64,000 nucleotides of DNA from an uncultured Myxococcaceae bacterium (lineage in GTDB: Bacteria > Myxococcota_A > Polyangia > Polyangiales > Ga0077539): the NCBI GenBank assembly GCA_966211675.1, contig CBIHPK010000002.1, positions 8,209 to 72,208 of the forward strand, written 5' to 3'. The position numbers and the translations under genes were made by a program. The notes under the pieces were generated by a model, which searched no databases, had not been told where the DNA came from, and saw only the letters and a program-made list of their open reading frames with translations. This document shows, piece by piece, positions 19,163-27,946 of this stretch (its first letter is position 1; each line of letters begins with the position of its first letter).

Positions 19163-20260
19163 TCAGGATGCGCGACGGCCGCGTCGGATGTCGATGCGGT
19201 AGAGGCCATCGGATACTTCGGCGACCGGGCGCTCCCGGCGGAGGGACGCCACGAGGGCGTGGTCGGGGCTCTTCGGGCACGCCGGGTCGGTGCGCGAGGC
19301 GTCGCCGGTGAGGGCGAAGGCCTGGCAGCGGCAGCCGCCGAAGTCGACCTCGCGGCGGTCGCAGGAGGCGCAGGTCGGGGACATCCAAGCGGTGCCGCGG
19401 TAGCGCTGGAAGTCCGCGCCGTCGCGCCAGATGTCCCCGAGGGGGCGGGAGCGAACGCTGTCCAATACCATCCCGGGTAATCCGTGGGCGCCGGGGCAGG
19501 GGAGCGCCGTGCCGTCGGGGATCACCGTCATGAAGCGCCGCCCCCAGCCGTCCATGCAGGGCTTCGGCGCGTCCTCGTACCAGTCCGGGATCACCCAGAT
19601 CACGTCCATGGTCCCCCGAAGCCGCGCCCTCTCGGCGAGGGCGATGGACTGCGCCCGGCGGAGCGTCTCGCGGTCCGGCAGGAGCGCGTCGCGGTGCACG
19701 AGCGCGCTGCCGTGCCACTGGGTGTTAGCGAGCTCCAGCCGCTGCGCTCCCAGCGACTCGGAGAGGGCGATGATCTCCCCGACGGATCGCAGGTTCTGCC
19801 GGTGGAGCACGGCGTTGATGGAGAGCGCCATCCCGAGCGGCCTCACCCATCGCGCGGCCTCCAGCTTGTGCTCGTGGACGGTCGTCCCCGCGAGGCGGTC
19901 GGCTCGATCGGCGTCGCTGTCCTGCAGGCTCACCTGCACGTGGTCGAGGCCCGCGTCGGCGAGCGAGGCGAGGCGGTCGTGGGTCAACCGCCAGGCCGAG
20001 GTGATGAGGTTGGTGTAGAGCCCGTGCTCCCGGGCGGCGCGCACCAGGGTCTCCAGGTCGTCGCGGAGCAGCGGCTCTCCCCCGGAGAAGTGGACGTGCA
20101 GCACGCCGAGCTCCCCGGCCTCGCGCAGCACCCGGGTCCACCCGGCGGTGTCGAGCTCGTCTCCGTAGTCGCGCCAGTCGGTGGGGTTGGAGCAGTACGA
20201 GCAGCGCAAGGGGCAGCGGTAGGTGAGCTCCGCGAGCAGCGCGACCGGGGGCTCGATCAT
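19163..20260 (-). CDS. pqqE: PQQ biosynthesis radical SAM/SPASM enzyme PqqE (PqqA peptide cyclase)
   Basis: Full-length resemblance to canonical PqqE: LLAELTYRCPLRCSYCSNP (CX3CX2C), FSGGEPLLR, YTNLITS, AGLDHVQVSLQ, PKPCMDGWG, GTALPC and SCDRREVDFGGCRCQAFALTGDASRTDPACPKSP. Confidence 0.9.
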   Translation of the reverse strand: MIEPPVALLAELTYRCPLRCSYCSNPTDWRDYGDELDTAGWTRVLREAGELGVLHVHFSGGEPLLRDDLETLVRAAREHGLYTNLITSAWRLTHDRLASLADAGLDHVQVSLQDSDADRADRLAGTTVHEHKLEAARWVRPLGMALSINAVLHRQNLRSVGEIIALSESLGAQRLELANTQWHGSALVHRDALLPDRETLRRAQSIALAERARLRGTMDVIWVIPDWYEDAPKPCMDGWGRRFMTVIPDGTALPCPGAHGLPGMVLDSVRSRPLGDIWRDGADFQRYRGTAWMSPTCASCDRREVDFGGCRCQAFALTGDASRTDPACPKSPDHALVASLRRERPVAEVSDGLYRIDIRRGRRAS

Positions 20261-20565
20261 GGTCCCTCCAGGGTGACGTAGCCGCGCTCGATGAGGCGCT
20301 GGAGGTACTCGCGCACGTCGGCGTCGATGAGCTCGCGGGGGGCCTCCGGGTGCGCCTCGGCCACCGCGTCGATGACCGCCGCGAGCGAGCGCTGCCCGTC
20401 GAGCAGCGCGGTGATCTCCGCGCCCTCCTCGGTGAGCGCCAGCACCCCTTCGGGGACCACCACCACGTGGCGAGAGCGCGCCGCGTCCCAGCGCAGCCGG
20501 GCCCGCCTCGCGAGCACCGGCCGTCGCGCCGAGCTGAGCTCATCCTTCGGGAGGGCGTCGGTCAT
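20257..20565 (-). CDS. pqqD: PqqD (peptide chaperone / RiPP recognition element)
   Basis: 103 aa from the internal ATG. LRWDAARSRHVVVVPEGVLALTEEGAEITALLDGQRSLAAVIDAV...EYLQRLIERGYV matches the PqqD pattern. Its stop overlaps the pqqE ATG (ATGA). The longer listed ORF (to 20730) would overlap the divergent kinase gene. Confidence 0.85.
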   Translation of the reverse strand: MTDALPKDELSSARRPVLARRARLRWDAARSRHVVVVPEGVLALTEEGAEITALLDGQRSLAAVIDAVAEAHPEAPRELIDADVREYLQRLIERGYVTLEGP

Positions 20566-20653
20566 GGCGGGGGCACCGTAGCGCACCCTCCGGCGCCTCG
20601 CCGCAGGGGAAGCGCCCTGCACCGCCCCGCGCAGATCGCGTACCGTCGCGCCG

Positions 20654-22123
20654 GTGACGACGTCATGGCGATCGGGGCTCAACGGCCGGGCGCTCCAGGC
20701 CGCGCTCGTGGCGGCGCTGCTCCCCTCCACGGCGGCGCTCTACTCCGCGCGCTCGTCGCTCCGCGCTCCGCCCGAAGCGCTCGCCGAGGCCCGCGTCGCC
20801 CGCGCCGAGGCGGACGCCCACGCCCGCGACGCGCAGGACCTCTCGGCGACGGCGCTGGCCCTCCGCCTCGCGGCCTCCGCCTCGCTGGACGACGCCTCGG
20901 TGGCCTCCGCGGCGGCGGGCCTCGGCGCGGTGCGAAGCGTCGAGCTGCTCAGCCCGAGCGGCGCGGTGCTCGCCCGCTCGCCTCGGTCCGCGGGCCCTCC
21001 GGGGCGCTGTCCTCCGAGGGTGCTCTCCAGGCCGGTGCGCCCGGGGGTGAGCGCGGTGATCACCGTCGACGACGAGGGCTGCGCGAGGCCTCCGTCCACG
21101 CCTCCGCGAGACCCGCTGGCGGGGGTGCTCGGGCCCACGCTGGCCGCGGCGGCGCTGGGGGTGATGGCGGCTCTGGCGATGCTGCGGTCGAGGCGCAGCG
21201 GGGCCGCCGAGGCGCTGATCACCGCGGCGGGGAAGGTCGGCCACGGGGACCTCGGGGTGAGGGTTCCGGCGGGCGAGCGGGGGGAGCTGGAGGCGCTGCG
21301 GGTGGCCTTCAACGAGATGGTCGCGGAGCTGTCCCTCTCTCGGGCGAGGGTGGACTACCTCCAGCGCATCGCCGGGTGGCAGGAGCTCGCCCGGCGTCTC
21401 GCTCACGAGATCAAGAACCCCCTCACGCCCATCCAGCTCGCGGTGCAGGAGGCGACGCGGAGGTACCCGGGCGACGACGCGGGCTACAAGCGGACGCTCG
21501 AGACCACGCGCGAGATCGTCGAGGAGGAGGTGGCCACGCTCCGCCGGCTGGTGAGCGCCTTCTCGGAGTTCGCCCGGCTGCCGGACGTGAAGCCCGCCCC
21601 GGCGGACCTCGCGGAGTTCGTGCGCGACATGGCGAGCTCGCGGGCGCTGCTCGACGAGCTCGACCCGGGGGTGACCGTGCGCTTCGAGCCGGGCGACGCG
21701 GAGGTGCCCGTGAGGCTCGACCGGATCATGTTCCGCCGCGCGGTGGAGAACCTGCTGCGCAACGCAGTGGAGGCGATGGCCTCCACCGGGGGAACGGTCT
21801 GGGTGCGCGTGGAGTCCCGCGAGGTGAGCGAGCCCGACGCGGCGGAGCCCTCGGCCCAGGCGTGGCTGGTGGTCGAGGACGACGGCCCGGGCATCCCTGC
21901 CGCACAGCGCGACAAGGTCTTCGATCCGTACTTCACCACCAAGGCCACGGGCACCGGCCTGGGCCTGGCCATCGTGCGCAAGATCGCCCTCGACCACGAC
22001 GGCGACGTGGGCCTCGAGCAGCGCCCCGGCGGGGGCACGCGCTTCGTGCTGACGCTGCCCAGGACGGCGGCCGGGCGGCCTCCGCGGCGCTCCTTCGTGA
22101 CCTTCTCTTCGCGCCTTTCCTGA
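20654..22123 (+). CDS. membrane sensor histidine kinase (HAMP-HisKA-HATPase, NtrY-like); no cognate response regulator adjacent
   Basis: Two TM segments, a HAMP region (GDLGVRVPAGERGELEALRVAFNEMV), H-box LAHEIKNPLTPI, N-box LLRNAVEA, G1 DDGPGI and G2 GTGLGLAIV. Confidence 0.85.
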   Translation: MTTSWRSGLNGRALQAALVAALLPSTAALYSARSSLRAPPEALAEARVARAEADAHARDAQDLSATALALRLAASASLDDASVASAAAGLGAVRSVELLSPSGAVLARSPRSAGPPGRCPPRVLSRPVRPGVSAVITVDDEGCARPPSTPPRDPLAGVLGPTLAAAALGVMAALAMLRSRRSGAAEALITAAGKVGHGDLGVRVPAGERGELEALRVAFNEMVAELSLSRARVDYLQRIAGWQELARRLAHEIKNPLTPIQLAVQEATRRYPGDDAGYKRTLETTREIVEEEVATLRRLVSAFSEFARLPDVKPAPADLAEFVRDMASSRALLDELDPGVTVRFEPGDAEVPVRLDRIMFRRAVENLLRNAVEAMASTGGTVWVRVESREVSEPDAAEPSAQAWLVVEDDGPGIPAAQRDKVFDPYFTTKATGTGLGLAIVRKIALDHDGDVGLEQRPGGGTRFVLTLPRTAAGRPPRRSFVTFSSRLS

Positions 22124-22156
22124 CCTCGGTCGGGCGTGCGAGAGTCCGCCGCTGCA

Positions 22157-22948
22157 ATGCGCAGACGACGGCTTCAGGCGGTGTGGATGGCGGCGGTGGT
22201 GGGCTCGGCGAGCAGCGCGTGGGCGACGCACCCGGACTACGAGGGCGAGCGGGGCATCGAGGCCCACGTCGCCGTGGGCTACGGGCTGTTCACCTCGGCC
22301 TCGGACCGGGTGTTCCTGTCGCCGGGGGAGGTGAGCACCGGGGCGCTCGACGCCTTCTCCGGGGGCTTCAACGCTCGCATCGGGGCGGGCTACCGGATGC
22401 TGCCCTACCTGAGCGCGGGGATCACCGCGGGGGTGCAGTACCTGGGCGCCAGGGACCAGTACAGCCCCAGCGAGGGCCGCCTCGGCGCTCGCGACTCCTT
22501 CATCGGCTACACCGTCGGGGTCTACAGTCGGCTCTACCTGGGCTCGCTGCTCAACGGCGCCCGCACCGAGCCGAGGGTGTTCTTCCGAAGCGCCTCCGAC
22601 CCGCGTCGCTTCGACCCCTTCGTGTCGCTGGGCATCGAGTTCGTGCAGGGCATCCAGCGGAGCCGCTCGTACACCGAGCCGCAGAACCTCACCTCCTGGA
22701 CCACCACGTACATCGGCATCCCGATCGTCCTCGGGGCGGAGTACCGGCTGCTCACGCAGTTCGCGGTGGGCCTCAACCTGGGCATCACCCCGCTGGTCGG
22801 CGCGAGCACCAACCGGCTCAGCCAGACGCGCGAGCTGCGCCCCGGCATCGACGAGATCACCCGCACCTCGACCCAGTACACCCCCGACGCCGCGGCCAAC
22901 CTCAACCTCTGGCTCGGCCTCACCGCCCGGTACACGTTCACCTTCTGA
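22157..22948 (+). CDS. putative outer-membrane beta-barrel protein
   Basis: Signal peptide MRRRRLQAVWMAAVVGSASSAWA (start moved to ATG 22157), alternating beta-strand pattern and C-terminal ...LTARYTFTF with terminal Phe. Confidence 0.6.
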   Translation: MRRRRLQAVWMAAVVGSASSAWATHPDYEGERGIEAHVAVGYGLFTSASDRVFLSPGEVSTGALDAFSGGFNARIGAGYRMLPYLSAGITAGVQYLGARDQYSPSEGRLGARDSFIGYTVGVYSRLYLGSLLNGARTEPRVFFRSASDPRRFDPFVSLGIEFVQGIQRSRSYTEPQNLTSWTTTYIGIPIVLGAEYRLLTQFAVGLNLGITPLVGASTNRLSQTRELRPGIDEITRTSTQYTPDAAANLNLWLGLTARYTFTF

Positions 22949-22963
22949 GAGGGGGATTCCCCA

Positions 22964-23767
22964 ATGGCTGTTTCACTCCAAGGGTTCGCGCTGGTCCTCG
23001 GCGCATCGAGCGGCATTGGCGCGGCCACGGCGCGCGCCCTCGCCAGGGCGGGCATGGACATCATCGGCGTGCACCTCGACCGCCGCGCCACGCTGCCGCT
23101 GGCCGACGCGGTGCGCGCGGACATCGAGGCCGCCGGGCGCACGGCGTGGTTCTTCAACGTCAACGCGGCGGACGACGCGAAGCGCCGCGCGGTGCTCGCC
23201 GACGTGGCCGCGAGGCTGGAGGCGAGGGGCCAGGGCGAGACCGTGCGGGTGCTGCTGCACTCGCTGGCCTTCGGCTCGCTGCGCCCGCTGGTCGGAGGCG
23301 ACAGCGACGAGACGCTCACCCGGCTGCAGATCGAGATGACCCTCGACGTGATGGCGACCTCCCTCGTCTACTGGACGCAGGACCTCCTCGCCATGGGCGC
23401 CCTCCGCCCGCACGGCCGGGTCTTCGCGATGACCAGCGGCGGCAGCACGCAGGCGCTGCCCTCCTACGGGGCCGTCGGGGCGGCGAAGGCGGCGCTGGAG
23501 TCCTACGTGCGACAGCTCGCCGTGGAGGGCGCGGCGCGGGGGTTCACCGCGAACGCCATCTGCGCCGGGGTGACCCGCACGCCCGCGCTGGAGCGCATCC
23601 CGGGCCACGAGCTGCTGGTCGAGCGAGCGCTCGCGAAGCACCCGCAGGGGAGGCTCACGACCCCGGAGGACGTGGCCAGCTGCATCGCGGCGCTGTCGGT
23701 CCCGGAGACCGACTGGATGAACGGCAACGTGGTGCGGGTGGACGGGGGCGAGGGGGCCGCGGGCTGA
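22964..23767 (+). CDS. SDR family oxidoreductase (enoyl-ACP reductase FabL-like)
   Basis: GASSGIGAATARAL (TGxxxGxG-type), YGAVGAAKAALE (YxxxK) and a C-terminal NGNVVRVDGG. A good SD (GAGAGGGGGA) lies upstream of the ATG. Confidence 0.85.
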   Translation: MAVSLQGFALVLGASSGIGAATARALARAGMDIIGVHLDRRATLPLADAVRADIEAAGRTAWFFNVNAADDAKRRAVLADVAARLEARGQGETVRVLLHSLAFGSLRPLVGGDSDETLTRLQIEMTLDVMATSLVYWTQDLLAMGALRPHGRVFAMTSGGSTQALPSYGAVGAAKAALESYVRQLAVEGAARGFTANAICAGVTRTPALERIPGHELLVERALAKHPQGRLTTPEDVASCIAALSVPETDWMNGNVVRVDGGEGAAG

Positions 23768-23788
23768 CGGCCTGCGGGCGAAGCCGTC

Positions 23789-23804
23789 CATGACAATGGT
23801 CATG
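23789..23804. promoter_or_regulatory. candidate Crp/Fnr (NnrR/Dnr-type) operator upstream of nirK
   Basis: Perfect palindrome CATGAC-AATG-GTCATG (6-4-6). Its core TGAC-N4-GTCA resembles FNR/NNR boxes (TTGAY-N4-RTCAA). The centre is ~110 nt upstream of the nirK ATG, and a Crp/Fnr gene lies in the same cluster. Confidence 0.35.
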
Positions 23805-23906
23805 AGCGGTCCCGCCCCCGCTGCCTTCGCTCACCGGCGCAAAAGCAGCGCTACGGATGCGCCAGAGAGCGGACCTATGTCTGGCTCTGAAGGAGCCAGA
23901 TGATCC

Positions 23907-25520
23907 ATGCGCCAACCGAACGAGCTCACCGCCACCACCCGAGGGGCCTCACGGGCGAAAGCCCCCGACGCCGCCCCGCCCCGCCCTCGCGCCCCGCGCG
24001 GTGACCGGGGGGCTCTGACGAGGTCCCGCCTCTCGACGCTCTCGCTCTCCCTCGCGCTCTGTCTCGGGGCCTGTGTCCCGCCCCCCTCGCAGCCCGCGTC
24101 CCCGACCCCATCCGCCTCGCCGTCCCCGTCGACCTCGGGCGTCCGCGCCCCGACGCCGCTCTCGCCGCTCACCCGCGCCGAGGAGGCCGCGCTTCCGAGC
24201 ATCGAGCTGAACCTCGTCCGCCCGCCCGCGGTGCCCCCGCCGGTCAACCGCCGCACCGCCGCCAAGGTGGTGGTGCACCTCGAGGTGCGCGAGCTCACGA
24301 TGCCCCTCGCCGACGGCGCGACCTACACCTTCTGGACCTTCGGCGGCTCGGTGCCGGGCCCGATGATCCGCGTGCGCCGCGGTGACATCGTGGAACTCCA
24401 CCTGATGAACCACCCGTCCAGCACGATGCCCCACAACATCGACCTGCACGCGGTCACCGGCCCCGGCGGCGGCGCGGCGAGCACCTTCACGGCGCCCGGC
24501 CACCAGACGCAGTTCACCTTCCGCGCGCTCAACGAGGGCCTGTACGTCTACCACTGCGCCACCGCGCCGGTGGGCATGCACATGGCCAACGGCATGTACG
24601 GGATGATCGCCGTCGAGCCCGAGGAGGGGTGGGCCGCCGCCGACCGCGAGTACTACCTGATGCAGGGTGAGATCTACACCACGGGCAACTACCGCGAGCC
24701 CGGACTGCAGCCCTTCGACATGCGCCGCGCCATCAACGAGGACCCCGCCTACGTGGTCTTCAACGGCCGCGACGGGGCGCTCACGGGCACCAACGCCCTC
24801 ACCGCCCGCGTCGGCGAGCGCGTGCGCCTCTTCGTCGGCAACGGCGGACCCAACCTGGTGAGCTCCTTCCACGTGATCGGCGAGATCTTCGACCACGTCT
24901 TCCCCGAAGGCGGCTCGCACGCCAACACCAACGTGCAGACCACCGTCGTGCCCGCCGGGGGCTCGGCCATCGTCGACTTCGGCCTCGAGGTGCCGGGCAG
25001 CTTCGTGCTCGTCGACCACTCGATCTTCCGCACCTTCCACAAGGGCACCCTCGGGATGCTCCGCGTCGAGGGCCCGGAGGACCACGTGATCTACTCCGGC
25101 CGCGAGGTCGACCAGGCCTACCTCGGCGACTACGCCCCGCAGGCCGCCTCCGGCAGCGACGGCGCCGCCCTCCAGCCCGGTGAGCAGACCTTCCTCGGGG
25201 TGTGCTCGGCCTGCCACCAGCGCTCCGCCGCGGGCCTGCCGCCGGTGTTCCCGCCGCTCGCGGGCAGCGACTACCTCATGGCCGACAAGACCCGCTCCAT
25301 CCGCGGCGTGCTCGCGGGCCAGAGCGGCCCGATGACCGTCAACGGCACGGTCTACAACGGCGCCATGCCGCCGCTCGCGAACCTCACGGACCACGAGGTC
25401 GCCGACGTGCTCACCTACGTGCGCAGCCACTTCGGCAACCACGGGGACGCCGTGACCGTCGCCGAGGTCGCCGCGGTGCGCGCCTCGCTCGTCACTCCGA
25501 CGCCTGCGGGGCACCCGTGA
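23907..25520 (+). CDS. nirK: copper-containing nitrite reductase NirK, lipoprotein form with C-terminal cytochrome c domain
   Basis: SD AAGGAG lies 11 nt upstream. Lipobox LCLGAC is followed by a Pro/Ser linker. Cu ligands are [12 protein letters not shown] and [20 protein letters not shown]. The C-terminal CSACHQ..GAMPP is a class I cytochrome c module. Confidence 0.9.
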   Translation: MRQPNELTATTRGASRAKAPDAAPPRPRAPRGDRGALTRSRLSTLSLSLALCLGACVPPPSQPASPTPSASPSPSTSGVRAPTPLSPLTRAEEAALPSIELNLVRPPAVPPPVNRRTAAKVVVHLEVRELTMPLADGATYTFWTFGGSVPGPMIRVRRGDIVELHLMNHPSSTMPHNIDLHAVTGPGGGAASTFTAPGHQTQFTFRALNEGLYVYHCATAPVGMHMANGMYGMIAVEPEEGWAAADREYYLMQGEIYTTGNYREPGLQPFDMRRAINEDPAYVVFNGRDGALTGTNALTARVGERVRLFVGNGGPNLVSSFHVIGEIFDHVFPEGGSHANTNVQTTVVPAGGSAIVDFGLEVPGSFVLVDHSIFRTFHKGTLGMLRVEGPEDHVIYSGREVDQAYLGDYAPQAASGSDGAALQPGEQTFLGVCSACHQRSAAGLPPVFPPLAGSDYLMADKTRSIRGVLAGQSGPMTVNGTVYNGAMPPLANLTDHEVADVLTYVRSHFGNHGDAVTVAEVAAVRASLVTPTPAGHP

Positions 25521-26320
25521 TCGCCTCCGCGCGCTGGTCCGCCGCGCTGCTCGCCGGGCTCGTCGCCACGGCGTCGGCGTGGGGCCAGCGCGCGCCCCGG
25601 GTGGCGCCCGACCTCCGCGTGATCCGCGGCGGCGAGTACCAGCCCTTCTACCGCCTCGCGGCCCGTCCCCGGGTCACCGTGCGCTCCTTCGCGCTCGACG
25701 TCCGGCCGGTCACCAACGAGCGCTTCCTCGCGTTCGTTCAGGCCAACCCCGCGTGGCAGCGCTCCCGCGTCCGCCGCCTCTTCGCCGACGCGGACTACCT
25801 CGCCCACTGGGCCGGCGACGCCGCGCTCGGGCCCGACGCTCGACCCGCCCAGCCGGTCACCCGCGTGTCGTGGTTCGCCGCGCGCGCCTTCTGCCGAGCC
25901 CAGGGCCGGCGCCTCCCCACCGAGGCCGAGTGGGAGTACGTCGCCCGCGCCTCGGCCACCTCGCCCAACGCGCCGAGCGACCCGGTCACCACCGCGCGCA
26001 TCCTCGCCTGGTACGGCCACCCCAACGCCGCCCTCGCGGACGTCGGCGCCTCTCGCCCCGACTACTGGGGTCTGCAGGACCTGCACGGCCTCGTGTGGGA
26101 GTGGGTCGAGGACTTCAACTCGGCCCTGGTGGTCACCGACAGCCGCGACAACCAGGGCCCCGGCGCGGGGCGCTTCTGCGGCGCGGCGAGCGCCGGCGCG
26201 CGCGACGTCGGAGACTACGTGGCGTTCATGCGCTACGCGTTCCGCCAGAGCCTGCGGGGCTCGTACACGGTGCGAAACCTGGGGTTCCGCTGCGCGTCCG
26301 ACCTCCCACCCGGAGAATGA
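25517..26320 (+). CDS. nirV: formylglycine-generating-enzyme (SUMF1) family protein, NirV-like
   Basis: The GTG start overlaps the nirK stop (GTGA). Motifs: signal peptide, [37 protein letters not shown] and GFRCA. Confidence 0.8.
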   Translation: MIASARWSAALLAGLVATASAWGQRAPRVAPDLRVIRGGEYQPFYRLAARPRVTVRSFALDVRPVTNERFLAFVQANPAWQRSRVRRLFADADYLAHWAGDAALGPDARPAQPVTRVSWFAARAFCRAQGRRLPTEAEWEYVARASATSPNAPSDPVTTARILAWYGHPNAALADVGASRPDYWGLQDLHGLVWEWVEDFNSALVVTDSRDNQGPGAGRFCGAASAGARDVGDYVAFMRYAFRQSLRGSYTVRNLGFRCASDLPPGE

Positions 26321-26321
26321 C

Positions 26322-26957
26322 ATGCGACCTCTGACGCTCGGCCTCCTCGCGCTCTCGCTCGCCTCGGCCTGCGGTCGCAAGCCCCCGCAGCCCGGCGAGC
26401 GGGCGCCGTCTCCGCCCTGCCACTGTCACGACGCGAGCGCCCCCCACGCGGCCGACCGACCGATGCCCGACACCTCCGTCTTCGGGCTCGGCGTGCCGTG
26501 GACCGACCAGGCCGGCCGGGCCTTCGACCTCCACTCGCTCGCGGGCACTCCCACCGTGGTGCTGATGTTCTACGGAACCTGCCGCAGCGCCTGCCCGGTG
26601 CTCATCCGAGACGTGAAGCGCGTCGAGGCCGCGCTCACCCCCGCGGCGCGCGCCCGCACCCGCTTCGTCCTGGTGACCTTCGACCCCTCGAACGACACCC
26701 CCGAAAGGCTCCGCGAGCTCGCCGCCGAGAGCCAGCTGGACCTCTCCCGATGGTCCCTCCTGCGCGGCGCCGACGACGACGTCCGCGCCTTCGCCACGGT
26801 GCTCGGCGTGCAGTTCAGCCGCGTGGGCCCGGGCGAGTACACCCACTCGAACCTCATCACCCTGCTCGATCCACAGGGCGTCGTGGCGTTCCAGCTCGAC
26901 GGGCTCCAGCAGCCCGTCGGGGAGCTCGCGCGGCGCATCGAAGGCTACACCCGATGA
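26322..26957 (+). CDS. SCO1/SenC family copper chaperone lipoprotein
   Basis: Lipobox LASAC, a thioredoxin-fold CxxxC (GTCRSACP), a downstream His (YTHSN) and the VTFDPSNDTPERL motif. Confidence 0.85.
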   Translation: MRPLTLGLLALSLASACGRKPPQPGERAPSPPCHCHDASAPHAADRPMPDTSVFGLGVPWTDQAGRAFDLHSLAGTPTVVLMFYGTCRSACPVLIRDVKRVEAALTPAARARTRFVLVTFDPSNDTPERLRELAAESQLDLSRWSLLRGADDDVRAFATVLGVQFSRVGPGEYTHSNLITLLDPQGVVAFQLDGLQQPVGELARRIEGYTR

Positions 26958-27889
26958 ACTCCTCGACCCCCCGGTCCGCGATCGCGCTCGCGCTCGCCCT
27001 CTCCATCTCTCCCTCGCTCGCCTCCGCGCAGACCCCGCCGGAGCCCGCGCCCCAGCCCGTTGCCCCACCCGGCCCGATGGCCCGCGCCCGCTACTCGCTC
27101 CCCTGGAACCTCCGCCCCGCCATCGCCCCCAACATCCTGCGCCTCGACGTGGCGCTGGCCTTCAACTCCCTCGGGATGAACACCGCGACGATCTTCACCG
27201 GCGGCGGCAAGCCCATCGCCTCGCTGCCCGACCTCGGCTTCTACGGCCGCGTCGGCGCGGTGACCTACGGCCCCGACGCGAGCTCCGGTCACGCGACCTT
27301 CGTCAACCCGCTGCTCTTCGCCCTCTGGACCCCGCAGGTCGCTCCGGGCTTCCGGCTCCCGATCTTCCTCGGCGTCACCGTGCCCACGGGCACCGGCAGC
27401 GACGCGTCGCCCCTGCAGCGCTCGACCTTCGCCTCGGGGATCTACACCCGCCAGGCGATGGACAACGCCATGTTCGCCGCCAACTACCTCACGGTCACCG
27501 CCGGGGCGGGCCTCGCGTGGATCTCCCACGGCTTCACCGCGCAGGCCGAGTTCACCGTGCTGCAGCTCACCCGGGTGTGGGGCGAGTCCGTCGACGCCGA
27601 CGCCTCCCGCACCAACTTCACCACCGGCCTCCACGCGGGCTACCAGGTGGTCCCGTGGCTCACCGTGAGCGCCGAGGCCCACTACCAGCACTGGCTCTCC
27701 ACGCCGGCCTCGGTCTCGGCCAACGCCCTCACCCGCTCGCAGTTCACCCTCGGGGCGGGCGTTCGAGCCAACATCCCCGCGGGCTCGGTGCTGCTCCGCC
27801 CGGGCGTGGCGGTCTTCTTCCCCACCGGCGGGCAGATGAGGGCGGTCGACGCCACCATCGTCCAGCTCGACCTCGCCGCTCCCTTCTGA
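26954..27889 (+). CDS. putative outer-membrane beta-barrel channel
   Basis: The ATG overlaps the Sco stop (ATGA). Signal peptide ...SPSLASA, amphipathic beta-strand periodicity and C-terminal ..VQLDLAAPF. Confidence 0.6.
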   Translation: MNSSTPRSAIALALALSISPSLASAQTPPEPAPQPVAPPGPMARARYSLPWNLRPAIAPNILRLDVALAFNSLGMNTATIFTGGGKPIASLPDLGFYGRVGAVTYGPDASSGHATFVNPLLFALWTPQVAPGFRLPIFLGVTVPTGTGSDASPLQRSTFASGIYTRQAMDNAMFAANYLTVTAGAGLAWISHGFTAQAEFTVLQLTRVWGESVDADASRTNFTTGLHAGYQVVPWLTVSAEAHYQHWLSTPASVSANALTRSQFTLGAGVRANIPAGSVLLRPGVAVFFPTGGQMRAVDATIVQLDLAAPF

Positions 27890-27946
27890 GCGCGCTCTCC
27901 CGACTCGCCTCGCCGGTGGCACCAACCTCGCAGTGGGACGAGGAAC

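Noticed and set aside
16934-19718. The 848-aa plus-strand and 914-aa minus-strand ORFs spanning the DUF1111, ORF376 and pqqE genes.
   Set aside because: They are shadow frames with Arg/Gly/Pro-rich composition and no domains. The chosen frames carry CxxCH pairs, PqqE motifs and stop/start coupling.
20350-23793. The 1147-aa plus-strand ORF running across the kinase, OM barrel and SDR genes.
   Set aside because: It is out of frame with three genes that each show diagnostic motifs, and its translation is low-complexity R/G/A/P.
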